Shown piece by piece: positions 50,525-60,268 of a stretch of DNA of 64,000 nt (position 1 is the first letter of the stretch; the number at the start of each line of letters is the position of its first letter). The position numbers and the translations under genes were made by a program. Below the pieces are notes generated by a model that was not told where the DNA came from, did not search any database, and saw only the letters and a list, made by a program, of their open reading frames with translations. The DNA lies in the NCBI GenBank assembly GCA_965223865.1, contig OZ245020.1, positions 864,001-928,000 on the forward strand. The letters run 5' to 3'. The DNA comes from Nitrosarchaeum sp. (GTDB lineage: Archaea; Thermoproteota; Nitrososphaeria; Nitrososphaerales; Nitrosopumilaceae).

Positions 50525-51931
50525 ATGAATAAGCGTGTTAGTATGCTCTTTACTATCGCAGCAATAGCTGTAGTGGGAGCCTCCTTATTCGGAAGCACAT
50601 ACACACAAACCCAGATTACTGGACAATCTCTTGATGCATCAAAATTAGATGTTGATGTAATGGAGAAGATCCATCAAATGGGCGGTTTAGAGCTTGTAAT
50701 GCCTCAAGCATTTGCAGAAACTGATTGTGGCGTGTTAGAAAACTCTGGACGTACTGTTCATGAGTTCAATTTGGAAGGTTACAGTGTTGAGCTCCCAATT
50801 ATGGGTGGCAAGACTTACAATGCCATGACCTTTAATGGAATGGTCCCAGGACCAACATTAAGAGTCACACAAGGTGATGTTGTAAAGATGACACTTCACA
50901 TTCCAGATTGGGAAGTTACTGGTCACGGTAACGACATGCACGCATCACAAATGTCTGCTAGTCACTTCGAATCTGTAAATCCAGGTGAGACTAGTCAGTA
51001 CTGTTACATTGCTGAAGCTGCTGGTACCTTCAAGTACCATTGTTCTGGTGTCAAATTAGTTGGCATGGACCAACACGTACTTTCCGGCATGTACGGAATT
51101 GCAATTGTTGATCCTGCAAATGGATACAAGAAACTAATGGTAGAGAAGACTAGTGGTAGTGGTGTATTAGACAGACAATTCTACGATGCAGATGCATTAG
51201 AGTTCCAATTCCAATACAATCAGTTGTACCTAACACCTGAAGGCAACTATGATGCCGGAGCAATGTTCAAGCATCAAAACACTGCCACAGTTGTTAATGG
51301 AATGCAATTTGGTTATGTACCAAACATGGCACACAACTTACTTGTAAATGGTGATACCAAAAAGAACATCTTTGTTGCACAACCATGGAATGGACTTGAA
51401 CACAAGCAATACCAATCACAACTCTTGTTTGTTGAAAATGATCAACACGTGAGACTCTTTGTACACAACCAAGGTAACGAACCAGTATATTACCACATTG
51501 TTGGTGAAATCTTGGACAGAGTTACACAAGGTAACAGAGTACAATCCGCTGCAACTGAGACATGGTTGATTGGCGGTTCTCAAGGTGCAATCATTGATTT
51601 GGTATTTGATGAACCAGGTGCATACGCAGCAGTTAATCACGACTATGCAGCAATTTACACAGGTGCAGCTACAGTCTTTGTAGCAGGTGATCCATTTGGC
51701 TTGAACCCAGTTCTAGTTGAAAAAGGTGTCATTGAAGCACCAGTTGCCTCTTATGCTTATGCATTAGGTAACCCAAGTGATGCAGTCCCACCAATGGGAA
51801 TGAACAGTATTGCACATCCTGCAATTAACATTCATGGTCTATACACTGATGAAGTAGCTTCTGAAATGCAAGATAATGGCATGATTCCATTATGGGAAGT
51901 AATTCCTGTAGTGGCAGAAATGCTTTCTTGA
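50525..51931 (+). CDS. nirK: Copper-containing nitrite reductase (AOA type)
   Basis: Signal anchor; HGNDMH, YHCSG...HVLSGM, YYHIVGE, VNHD copper ligands. Confidence 0.9.
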   Translation: MNKRVSMLFTIAAIAVVGASLFGSTYTQTQITGQSLDASKLDVDVMEKIHQMGGLELVMPQAFAETDCGVLENSGRTVHEFNLEGYSVELPIMGGKTYNAMTFNGMVPGPTLRVTQGDVVKMTLHIPDWEVTGHGNDMHASQMSASHFESVNPGETSQYCYIAEAAGTFKYHCSGVKLVGMDQHVLSGMYGIAIVDPANGYKKLMVEKTSGSGVLDRQFYDADALEFQFQYNQLYLTPEGNYDAGAMFKHQNTATVVNGMQFGYVPNMAHNLLVNGDTKKNIFVAQPWNGLEHKQYQSQLLFVENDQHVRLFVHNQGNEPVYYHIVGEILDRVTQGNRVQSAATETWLIGGSQGAIIDLVFDEPGAYAAVNHDYAAIYTGAATVFVAGDPFGLNPVLVEKGVIEAPVASYAYALGNPSDAVPPMGMNSIAHPAINIHGLYTDEVASEMQDNGMIPLWEVIPVVAEMLS

Positions 51932-51999
51932 TAATTTAACATCTCTTTTTCTTTTTATTATTTGAATGAATTATATTCTGTAGCTTTTTTTTCTAGTGT

Positions 52000-52932
52000 A
52001 TGGGATTTGATGACACAGTTTTAATTTGTGATGAAGTTGATCCACTTTTAAATAAAATTCTTGAAGATAATGGTTTGAGGGTTTCATACGAACCAGAAAT
52101 TACTCCCGAACAAATTCTTGAAAAAATTTCTAATTTCAATATTGTAATTGTTCGAAGTAGGACTACGATAACTAAAGAAATGATTGACAAAGCAGAAAAT
52201 TGTAAGGTTATTGCTCGTGTAGGTGTAGGTCTTGATAATATTGATCAAGAAGCTGCAAAAACCAAAAACATTCGTGTGATTAATGCAGTAGAGGGAGCAA
52301 TGAATGCAGTAGCTGAATTAGTTTTGGGACTGATGTTATCTTTGGCAAGACAAACTACTAGAGGAGATCGAGGAGTTAGAAATGGCCAATGGCTGAAAAA
52401 AGAATTGAAGGGAACAGAACTCAAAGGAAAATATCTTGGAATTATAGGCCTTGGCAATATTGGAAAAAGACTGGGCCGACTAGCAAGGGCATTAAACATG
52501 AACATTATTGGCTATGATGTCATTCCAATAGATGAAGAATTCTCAAAAGAAGTGGGCTTGATGAAAGCTGATTTAGACACTTTGTTGCAAAGCTCTGATT
52601 ATGTCTCAATTCATGTTCCACTACTTGATTCAACTTATCACTTGATTAATGCTCAAAAAATGAGTATGATGAAAAAGACTGCAAAAATTATCAATACATC
52701 TAGAGGTGGAGTAGTAGATGAGGAGGCCCTTTATGATGCCATTAAAAATGGAAATTTGGGTGGTGCTGCCTTAGATGTGTTTGAAAAAGAACCTGCAGTT
52801 GGCAACAAGCTTGCAGAATTAGACAATGTAATCCTAACACCGCATATTGGTGCTCAGACAAAAGAGGCTCAATCCTTGGCAGCAAATGTGATTGCCGAAA
52901 AAATTATCCAGATTCTCAGAGGCGTTATCTAA
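52000..52932 (+). CDS. serA: D-3-phosphoglycerate dehydrogenase family
   Basis: RVGVGLDNID, GLGNIG, NTSRG, TPHIGAQT. Confidence 0.88.
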   Translation: MGFDDTVLICDEVDPLLNKILEDNGLRVSYEPEITPEQILEKISNFNIVIVRSRTTITKEMIDKAENCKVIARVGVGLDNIDQEAAKTKNIRVINAVEGAMNAVAELVLGLMLSLARQTTRGDRGVRNGQWLKKELKGTELKGKYLGIIGLGNIGKRLGRLARALNMNIIGYDVIPIDEEFSKEVGLMKADLDTLLQSSDYVSIHVPLLDSTYHLINAQKMSMMKKTAKIINTSRGGVVDEEALYDAIKNGNLGGAALDVFEKEPAVGNKLAELDNVILTPHIGAQTKEAQSLAANVIAEKIIQILRGVI

Positions 52933-53031
52933 ACCATTTATTCTGCAAAAATAACTAAAAAAGCTTGACTCATACGTGATTTAATCTAGTCTAATTCTTT
53001 TTAAGATCAATCTAGAGGTTAACAATACATA

Positions 53032-53847
53032 TTGAAAAATCAGGGTTTAGAGGATATACAAAACGAACAAACAAAGTCCATTCCAAGTATTTCCTCATTG
53101 CTTAAAATTTCAATAGGGTTGGTTATTGTTGCAATAATTTCTACGTCTTTTGTATATGCTGATACAACATCTGTTTCTATTGATGGAATTTCTTATGATG
53201 TTGAATATACTGGAGAAGGTGTTTCTGTTACAGGAGTTGAGGCTGATTTGGATTTTATATCCCTAATTTTTTCTGTTGATGTTACAGGCTCACCTGGAAC
53301 GCTGAGTGTGACTCTTGATAGAGGTTTCTTTGACTCAAAATTTGAAGGAATTGATGAAGAATTTTTTGTAATAGTAGATGGAGTAGATATATCATTTGAT
53401 GAAGAAAAATCATCTGCTTCTAGAATTCTAACTATGGAATTACCTGAAGGAACCGAGGATATTGAAATTATTGGTTCTGTCTTTGGTTCACCTATTCAAG
53501 AACCTCCAGTTGTAGAAGAGCCACCTATAGTGGAAGAACCCATTGTAGAAGAACCTCCAGTCGAGGAACCCCCAGTAGTAGAGGAACCTATTGAAGAAAC
53601 TCCTAAACCTGAGAAGCCATCTACCCCAGTTGTAACTCCAGAGGAAACAAAACCAAGAACTGAATGTGGACCAGGAACTATTCTAAAAGATGGAGTATGT
53701 GTAGTCAAACCAGCACCTCCTGCCACCACTGACATCAGAGGTATGGGAGCTGAATTAGTAACTTCTATAATTGTGGGATTCATTATTGCAGGTGCAATCG
53801 GAATTATTATTGCCTTGATATCAAAAGCAGGAAAGCGTAGAGACTAA
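53032..53847 (+). CDS. Membrane-anchored surface protein (PEFG-like Ig domain, Pro/Glu linker, CGPGT motif, C-terminal TM)
   Basis: DEEFFVIVDG...EDIEIIGS; EPPVVEE linker; ECGPGTILKDGVC. Confidence 0.7.
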   Translation: MKNQGLEDIQNEQTKSIPSISSLLKISIGLVIVAIISTSFVYADTTSVSIDGISYDVEYTGEGVSVTGVEADLDFISLIFSVDVTGSPGTLSVTLDRGFFDSKFEGIDEEFFVIVDGVDISFDEEKSSASRILTMELPEGTEDIEIIGSVFGSPIQEPPVVEEPPIVEEPIVEEPPVEEPPVVEEPIEETPKPEKPSTPVVTPEETKPRTECGPGTILKDGVCVVKPAPPATTDIRGMGAELVTSIIVGFIIAGAIGIIIALISKAGKRRD

Positions 53848-54356
53848 CATTTAGAATTTTCTTGATTCATTAATTGATCAAAATCAAAACCAGAATACTG
53901 TGTATTTACAGTATATGGAATAACACCTATGATAGGAGTGTCAATACTAACTAGGACAAATAGTTGTCTTGCATCAATTCTGTTATCTCCTCCATCAAAC
54001 TGAAAATCCATAATCATAAACAGACGCTGCGAATCCACATAATTCTCTGAAGAGAATTTTCCCTGGATTATCTTTGATTCAGAGCCATTAATTTCAAAAT
54101 TCTCTATTGTATATGTCCCTTTATCTTGCATTTGATAAAATGTAATTATATCAATATTCTTAAAATTTGCAGGAAATGATGATGTATTGCATATCTCTAT
54201 ACTTCTATTATTAGACATCTCAAAGAAACTAAATTTTCCTGGCTCAATCCATCTGTATTCTAATTGTTCTGCAGCATAGATGTTTAGTCCTGAATATGCA
54301 AAGGGAATGATTATAGCAATTATTGCAATTATTGTTATTACTGTGTGTTTGTTCAT
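53844..54356 (-). CDS. Membrane-anchored hypothetical protein
   Basis: N-terminal TM helix; 170 aa ORF. Confidence 0.65.
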   Translation of the reverse strand: MNKHTVITIIAIIAIIIPFAYSGLNIYAAEQLEYRWIEPGKFSFFEMSNNRSIEICNTSSFPANFKNIDIITFYQMQDKGTYTIENFEINGSESKIIQGKFSSENYVDSQRLFMIMDFQFDGGDNRIDARQLFVLVSIDTPIIGVIPYTVNTQYSGFDFDQLMNQENSKC

Positions 54357-54364
54357 TTTGCCTT

Positions 54365-54997
54365 CTAAATTACAATTATTCCTACTTTGATTAGATGTTG
54401 TAAAGCTTGCGCAAAATCGTTATCTGAGATTCTTTCTTCAATCCACCATGCAGCATTTATCTTTACCCAACTTGGAATTTCAGCTTCTGTTGTTTCTGTG
54501 TCTATTTGTGTTTCTGGAATCACAATGATCTCTTTTTCAATTAGAAATTCAATTCCATCACTAAATGAAAAATCTGAAATCTGATCAGTTACCCAATAGT
54601 ATGTTAGCTGCTTTATCCATGAAGGAATACAAACATTACCTGTGTCTACCAGTTCAAATTCTGCGGTGGTTTTGGTTCCAGAATATTCTACATCGATAAA
54701 GTATTTTCCTAACGGAAATACTTCTGCCTCAAATGGAGCTAAGGATGGAACTGGATTTTGTAAATTTGAAATTTGGATAGGAATCGCACTGCTGCCTTTT
54801 CCCGTCTCATCTCTAATATGAACAATTGCGGGATCCCCTGTTATTTCAGAAACTTCAATTGTATAGAATAATTTTTCACAGTAACTATAAGCAGTCTTTT
54901 CCATAATGATGCTAACAGTTGGTTCTGCATAGGAACTTGGGAAAATTGTAAAAATTAATGTAAAAATTATCACAACAATAGTTTGGATGCTTTTCAT
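54365..54997 (-). CDS. Secreted protein with two IPSW(I/V)K C-terminal domains
   Basis: Signal peptide; IPSWIKQ...ISD and IPSWVKINAAWW...ISDNDF. Confidence 0.7.
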   Translation of the reverse strand: MKSIQTIVVIIFTLIFTIFPSSYAEPTVSIIMEKTAYSYCEKLFYTIEVSEITGDPAIVHIRDETGKGSSAIPIQISNLQNPVPSLAPFEAEVFPLGKYFIDVEYSGTKTTAEFELVDTGNVCIPSWIKQLTYYWVTDQISDFSFSDGIEFLIEKEIIVIPETQIDTETTEAEIPSWVKINAAWWIEERISDNDFAQALQHLIKVGIIVI

Positions 54998-55077
54998 CTT
55001 TCTGATTCCTTATTGGCTTAATAAAAGTCTCAAAGAATTACTCAGGAATACTTTTTAAGAACTGTGACTAGTTTTTA

Positions 55078-55183
55078 ATATCGAGTTTTCTGCGGATGCA
55101 ACTCTTTGAGTGTGTGGTTTGTGAAACCCACCTCATAGAGCATTTTAATCAGGAATATTGTCTGTGTTTGGCGATTTACAGTT
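55078..55183 (+). ncRNA. Candidate structured ncRNA (possible H/ACA-like guide)
   Basis: Long hairpin 55102-55140, ATCG/CGAT basal stem, ACA followed by 3 nt at 55178-55183, TATA-like TTTTTAAG at 55052-55059. Confidence 0.45.
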
Positions 55184-55210
55184 ATTAATGGGCATTTAAT
55201 TAATGCCGAT

Positions 55211-55666
55211 ATGCCTAGTCGACAAGACCAAGTTTGGATCCAGCTTTGGAGGGATAATGGTCCAAATATACGAGAACGAATAGTAGGATGGCGTAAGCAA
55301 AATGCCATCACTCGAATTGAAAAACCTAGCAGATTGCAAAGAGCAAGAAGATTAGGTTACAAGGCAAAACAAGGTATCATAGTAGTCAGAATGAGAGTAG
55401 GAACTGGTGGTATGAGAAAACCAAGACCTACTGGTGGCAGAAGGCCAAAACACCTTGGTGTTGTCAGAATAAAGGCAGATGATAACATGAAGACCGTTGC
55501 AGAAAGAAGAGTTCTTGAGAGATATCCAAACATGAAACTTTTGGGTTCATACTTTATCTATAAAGATGGTATGCACTACTGGTTTGAGGTAATTTTAGTA
55601 GATCCTGCACATCCCAGAATTGCTCAAGATAAAGAATTAAGAAAAAGACTAGCATTAGTTGCATAA
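55211..55666 (+). CDS. rpl15e: 50S ribosomal protein L15e
   Basis: RARRLGYKAKQG, GRRPK, AERRV, YWFEVILVDPAHP. Confidence 0.96.
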   Translation: MPSRQDQVWIQLWRDNGPNIRERIVGWRKQNAITRIEKPSRLQRARRLGYKAKQGIIVVRMRVGTGGMRKPRPTGGRRPKHLGVVRIKADDNMKTVAERRVLERYPNMKLLGSYFIYKDGMHYWFEVILVDPAHPRIAQDKELRKRLALVA

Positions 55667-56483
55667 ATTGAAACCAACATTTTTGATTCCACTACTATTA
55701 CTTTTGATAATCACACCTGCGTTTGGTCAATTACTATCTGATAAAACTGGCCTTGTAACTCGTTTTGATGTTGAATCAGGTGGACATACATTTGAAGTTG
55801 AAACTGTTTCAAATTTTGATGTAATAGATCATGAATTCAATAAGGATGAAAAACGATTAACCCTTTTCATTAATAGTGGTTTGGAAAATAATTTGGGTGA
55901 AATGATTATTCCAAAATCACTCCTTAATGGCAATTTTACCTTTTATCTAAATGACTCAGAGTATAACCCAAAAATTAACTCAAATGATAAGATTTTATTT
56001 TTAACTCTAAATTTTACTGGAGTAGGTAATAACAAATTTGACATCATAGCAACTGATACTATTAACACCCTTGAAGAAAAATCTGAATCTGTTCTCACTG
56101 AAATTCCTCCATCTGAAGGCGGAGGTTGTCTTATTGCAACTGCAGCGTATGGAACAGAACTTGCTCCTCAAATACAACAACTCCGAGAAATACGTGATCA
56201 AAAGTTAATAAAAACAGAATATGGAAAATCATTTATAGATTCATTCAATAAATTTTATTATTCGTTTAGTCCTCAAATTGCTGATTATCAAAGAGAACAT
56301 CCTTTTTTCAAAGAATCGATAAAATTACTTTTAACTCCAATGGTTTCCTCTCTTTCAATTTTAAATTATGCTCAATTGGATAACGATTTACAGATTTTGA
56401 TAGCAGGAATTGGTGTTATTTCACTTAATGTGGGAATGTATCTTGCTGTACCTGCAATATTGATAGTGAGGTTGAAGAAATGA
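55659..56483 (+). CDS. CFI-box-CTERM domain surface protein
   Basis: GGGCLIATAAYGTELAPQIQQLREIRD...FNKFYYSFSP. Confidence 0.85.
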   Translation: MHKLKPTFLIPLLLLLIITPAFGQLLSDKTGLVTRFDVESGGHTFEVETVSNFDVIDHEFNKDEKRLTLFINSGLENNLGEMIIPKSLLNGNFTFYLNDSEYNPKINSNDKILFLTLNFTGVGNNKFDIIATDTINTLEEKSESVLTEIPPSEGGGCLIATAAYGTELAPQIQQLREIRDQKLIKTEYGKSFIDSFNKFYYSFSPQIADYQREHPFFKESIKLLLTPMVSSLSILNYAQLDNDLQILIAGIGVISLNVGMYLAVPAILIVRLKK

Positions 56484-56566
56484 AAAAATCCATAATTGGC
56501 GCCATTGCAATAATTGCAAGCGTTATTATCTACTATTCCGTATGGTCTCTTTTGTTTAGCATCTAA
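56480..56566 (+). CDS. Putative 28-aa single-TM microprotein (MKKSIIGAIAIIASVIIYYSVWSLLFSI)
   Basis: ATGA overlap with the upstream stop; GAGGT RBS-like sequence. Confidence 0.45.
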   Translation: MKKSIIGAIAIIASVIIYYSVWSLLFSI

Positions 56567-56622
56567 TATTGGGTTTTAAAATCGGTCCGATTATTTTTAT
56601 TTTATTTTGGTTACAATAATTT

Positions 56623-56703
56623 ATGGATAATGCCAAAATTGCTTTGATTGGTGGATTTTGTATTGTTGTGGCATTGTCAGTTTCAATTGTATTTGTTAGA
56701 TAA
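56623..56703 (+). CDS. Putative 26-aa single-TM microprotein (MDNAKIALIGGFCIVVALSVSIVFVR)
   Basis: Hand-translated hydrophobic ORF. Confidence 0.4.
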   Translation: MDNAKIALIGGFCIVVALSVSIVFVR

Positions 56704-56746
56704 TTTTTGATAATTCCTAAAATATTAGTACAAAAAATCATGAATT

Positions 56747-56992
56747 GTGGGCAAAAAAGAAGCACTAGAATTTTTGAAAAAAAGTAATAAATCAATAATT
56801 AAGGCATGGGAAAACTATAAGCTTGAAATCGGGCGTACTGAAAACACTAAACTTGATGATGTATTCAAACAGATGTTCAAAGCCTGGACTCTCTCAAATC
56901 AAAGAGCAATAGACCTTCTGGAAAACAGATCAAAGAAAAGTCAAAAAACCAAAACAAATAGAGGCAAAAAAGTTACAAAACCTAACAGCTAA
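56747..56992 (+). CDS. Hypothetical basic protein
   Basis: 81-aa ORF filling the intergenic gap. Confidence 0.55.
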   Translation: MGKKEALEFLKKSNKSIIKAWENYKLEIGRTENTKLDDVFKQMFKAWTLSNQRAIDLLENRSKKSQKTKTNRGKKVTKPNS

Positions 56993-56995
56993 ATA

Positions 56996-57658
56996 CTATT
57001 CTTCAATTAACTTTTGAATCATTGCCTCGACGTTTGTAGATTGTCCAAAAGATACATCTCTTAGAATCCCTTTTCTATCCACCAAAATGGTAGATGGGGT
57101 CCCCTGAAGGGCAAACTTTTCAAATGTTTCAGCAGAATATTCTTTTGATTTCATATAGTCCTTTACTCTTTGTATGATTTGCTTCTTGTATTCTTCTGGT
57201 TGTGAGTCAAAGTCTGGAATCTGTGGATAAATAAATTGAAGGATTTTTTCTTGGCTTACTTCTCCTGTAGTTTTTGTCAGTTTATCCATTGCAAGAGGAA
57301 ATGGTATCTTATATGGCATCTTATTTCCTGCTTGTAATTGCCCATATGTAGATAATGCCTTTTGAGTTTCGCCAATAACCTCTCCTGTCTCGGCAAGCAT
57401 TTTCAAATTATCTAATGTATTTTTATCAAAATCCTCAAATGCTGTAGCAACTCCTAATACTCGGACTCCTTCGCCTTTGTATTTGTTGTAAATATTGATT
57501 GCCTCAGGAATTCCATAAAGAAAACATCCAGGACAATTCACCTGAAAAACTTCTACTAAGACAATGTGGTCTTTTTCCTGATCAAAATTTGTCGGTGCTC
57601 CTTGAACCCATTCAGATACACCAAAATTTGGGGCTTTTTGTCCTATTACTGCACTCAT
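56996..57658 (-). CDS. Thioredoxin-fold redoxin (TlpA-like)
   Basis: IGQKAP, FQVNCPGC, QGTPSTILVD. Confidence 0.85.
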   Translation of the reverse strand: MSAVIGQKAPNFGVSEWVQGAPTNFDQEKDHIVLVEVFQVNCPGCFLYGIPEAINIYNKYKGEGVRVLGVATAFEDFDKNTLDNLKMLAETGEVIGETQKALSTYGQLQAGNKMPYKIPFPLAMDKLTKTTGEVSQEKILQFIYPQIPDFDSQPEEYKKQIIQRVKDYMKSKEYSAETFEKFALQGTPSTILVDRKGILRDVSFGQSTNVEAMIQKLIEE

Positions 57659-57897
57659 AATGTTCGATAATTTTTTTCTATTAAATACATAACTGGTATA
57701 GCAAATATGACATTAAATAACAGATTCATGAAACAAACAGGTAACTTCTCTTAGAACTTATTTCAAATAGGGAAAAAATCCTGATAGTCTAGAATTTAAT
57801 CAAATTCGTCAAAAAAGACATCCCTGTCTCTTTCTTCATCTAATATTAGTAAATGATAGAGAATACTTCTTCTACGAGACAGGTTATATTCAGTCAT

Positions 57898-58119
57898 TCA
57901 ATCTTGAGGGTTTTGTCTCAGAAAAATTGATGATTGGTTTGTGATCCTTTGATTCCAGAATGTACACAGCTTCTGAAATTCTTCAATATTGTTATTCATG
58001 AACCAAATAAAATATCTAGATAATACTTCATTAACTCTTACATCTTCTGATTTGTTTTCTCTACTTTCTATATTTACATCAGAAAGTTCCTTTTTTCGTT
58101 GCTGTAATACTGTTTTCAT
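57898..58119 (-). CDS. Hypothetical protein
   Basis: 73-aa ORF divergent from the RHH-like gene. Confidence 0.45.
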   Translation of the reverse strand: MKTVLQQRKKELSDVNIESRENKSEDVRVNEVLSRYFIWFMNNNIEEFQKLCTFWNQRITNQSSIFLRQNPQD

Positions 58120-58156
58120 GACGGAATTTACAAATTAGTAGTATATGGGCTCTCTG

Positions 58157-58190
58157 ATAACAAGATTAACAAATGTTAACAAATGATAAA
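58157..58190. repeat. 10-bp direct repeats (TTAACAAATG x2 plus degenerate flanks) in a divergent promoter
   Basis: ataacaaga ttaacaaatg ttaacaaatg ataaa. Confidence 0.6.
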
Positions 58191-58212
58191 TAATTGTTTG
58201 TACCAATAAAAA

Positions 58213-58731
58213 ATGATGTCTAATCTTATCGGAGTAAGACTAAACAAAGAAGATCACGATGAATATCTAAAGATAGTAAAGGAAAATGGAACAAATCCTT
58301 CTGCAATGACTGCCAAAATTGTACATGATTGGTTACGTTTTCAGCGAACTAAACAATATCGAGGTGATATCACTCTTTCAGGTGAGATTCTTAAAAAAAG
58401 ACACGATGCGATAAAGAAAAATGAAATTGGCAAAATCGTGGATCACAATGCTAAGGTTATCATATCTGAAATGGAGTTTCAGGTGGATGACCTTGACTTT
58501 ACAGAATTGAGCAGAAGGATATTGGAATGGAATAGGGAAAATGGAATTGCAATGATTATGCGAGACAGAAAAGACAATACTGTATTCATGCAAAAACATT
58601 CTCTTGGTGCAATTTGGTCTGAGATCCAATGCAGGATGTATTGCAAAATGTTTGAAATCATTGGCGAGACTATCCGATCTTTCAAGTATGATTCCAGCTC
58701 ATTTAGTTTTGAAGTAATTAGATATAACTAG
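58213..58731 (+). CDS. Putative regulator: N-terminal ribbon-helix-helix plus C-terminal alpha/beta domain
   Basis: LIGVRLNKEDHDEYLKIVKENGTNPSAMTAKIV; KHSLGAIWS. Confidence 0.65.
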   Translation: MMSNLIGVRLNKEDHDEYLKIVKENGTNPSAMTAKIVHDWLRFQRTKQYRGDITLSGEILKKRHDAIKKNEIGKIVDHNAKVIISEMEFQVDDLDFTELSRRILEWNRENGIAMIMRDRKDNTVFMQKHSLGAIWSEIQCRMYCKMFEIIGETIRSFKYDSSSFSFEVIRYN

Positions 58732-59223
58732 ATAGAAAAAATTTAAAACAAAATTACTTGTGAAAAAATCAAAAATAATTTTCCATCGTGATTATGGCTA
58801 ATTACATTCAAATATTTTAATACCCTGAATATCTAGTTTTTCTAAATTTTTTAATCTTAATGTTTACTTGATTTTAATCTTCCTTTATATCTAATCTCAA
58901 AACCTATGTTAATTAGAATCTGACTATGTTGATTTGTAACTCATATCAAACCTTTCCATCATTTAGTATGTCATTTGTCACAAACTTATTCTGACTAGAT
59001 TATTTTATATCAATATCTATCTTCATTCAATTCGTCTTCATCGTTTTCTCTTCTAGATGGCCGTATGGGAATGTAAATGATTGACAACAAGATCTACTTT
59101 CCAGTTTAGTATTTAGATCTGACTGATAAATCATTAGTGACTGTTTTAAGCAAACCTCAGAATTTTCATATGTGCTGCCAATAGAACTCATGCCTGTTTA
59201 TCTATTGACTGACATTTGCGTCC

Positions 59224-59252
59224 AAAAGATGGGCGATTAGCCCATCTTTTTT
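59224..59252 (+). terminator. Perfect 11-bp hairpin with T-tract (AAAAGATGGGC-GATTA-GCCCATCTTTT-TT)
   Basis: Inverted repeat seen directly; no annotated gene upstream. Confidence 0.5.
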
Positions 59253-59625
59253 AAAATAACACTACTTTTAAAATTTCTTCATATACTCTTACTTAATTGA
59301 GGAAGCATTTGACTATCTTAACCAATTTCAGTTAATGTAGAGTCTAAATTTGATTCAAAATTAGAAAAAAATTGGAACTTAAGATCAATAACGACAAATT
59401 ATTTGATGACAGTTCCAATTACCTTGGATGTGATCATTTAGTATTTAGATGGTGCTCATGATTTCTATGAACGAATCATTCATGAATTTTTTTAAACAAA
59501 ATTTTCCATTTTTATCTATGGAAAATCGCAATAACCAGAATCAATCATGGGAAGAAGTTAGAGGATTATCTTGGATATTTTTTGAAGAATAATTCTATAA
59601 TTTGTACATCCTACTTTGATTTTAA

Positions 59626-60108
59626 TTATTTTATTGGAAAACAAATAACAAAATCTAGTTTGTTTACATAATATCTTGTGATTGGTTTTTTAAAATTAGG
59701 TGTAATGAAAGTAATTCCTTTGTAACTTTGAAATTTTTTCAAAAGATAATTAATTTCAATGTTTGCATATCTGTCGTGAGAATTGATTTTACTTCGTTTA
59801 CCAAATAAAGCATCTGCCTCATCAAAAAATACAACACCATACATGCCTTTTGCTCTTTCAAGTATTGTGTTAAGGTTTTTTTCTGTCTCACCAATATATT
59901 TTGATGAAACATTAGGAAGTTCAAATATGTAAAGCAATTTATCTTTGGAGTTATTTTTTTGATTTTGTTTGTTCTTCAAATAGTCTTGATCTTCTCTTAG
60001 ATTTTCTGAATTTAGTAACTTGTCCGACAAATAAACTATTTTTCTTTTTGACGTGTTCTTAGGGTTTGTCTTGCTTTTCACAGTTTTTCTAGTATACTTT
60101 GAGATCAA
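59626..60108 (-). CDS. Truncated AAA+ ATPase fragment lacking Walker A (possible pseudogene)
   Basis: SKYIGETEKNL, FFDEADALFGKRS, HDRYANIEINYLL; no GxxxxGKT. Confidence 0.7.
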   Translation of the reverse strand: MISKYTRKTVKSKTNPKNTSKRKIVYLSDKLLNSENLREDQDYLKNKQNQKNNSKDKLLYIFELPNVSSKYIGETEKNLNTILERAKGMYGVVFFDEADALFGKRSKINSHDRYANIEINYLLKKFQSYKGITFITPNFKKPITRYYVNKLDFVICFPIK

Positions 60109-60268
60109 CTATGTCTCTGTTAATTCCTTGATAAATTTAGAATTTACTAATCTTCATAATTGAATTCAATTCTAATGAAAATTGGTAAATGTTAATCATA
60201 AATCAATTTCAAAATATTTGGGTTATTTTGAGTAACCTAATATAGGACACAGAAAACCTCAAAATTAA

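Noticed and set aside
55075-55311. 78-aa minus-strand ORF; also RNase P or SRP RNA as the identity of the hairpin
   Set aside because: The ORF overlaps rpl15e antisense; the structured region is too short and lacks RNase P or SRP consensus motifs
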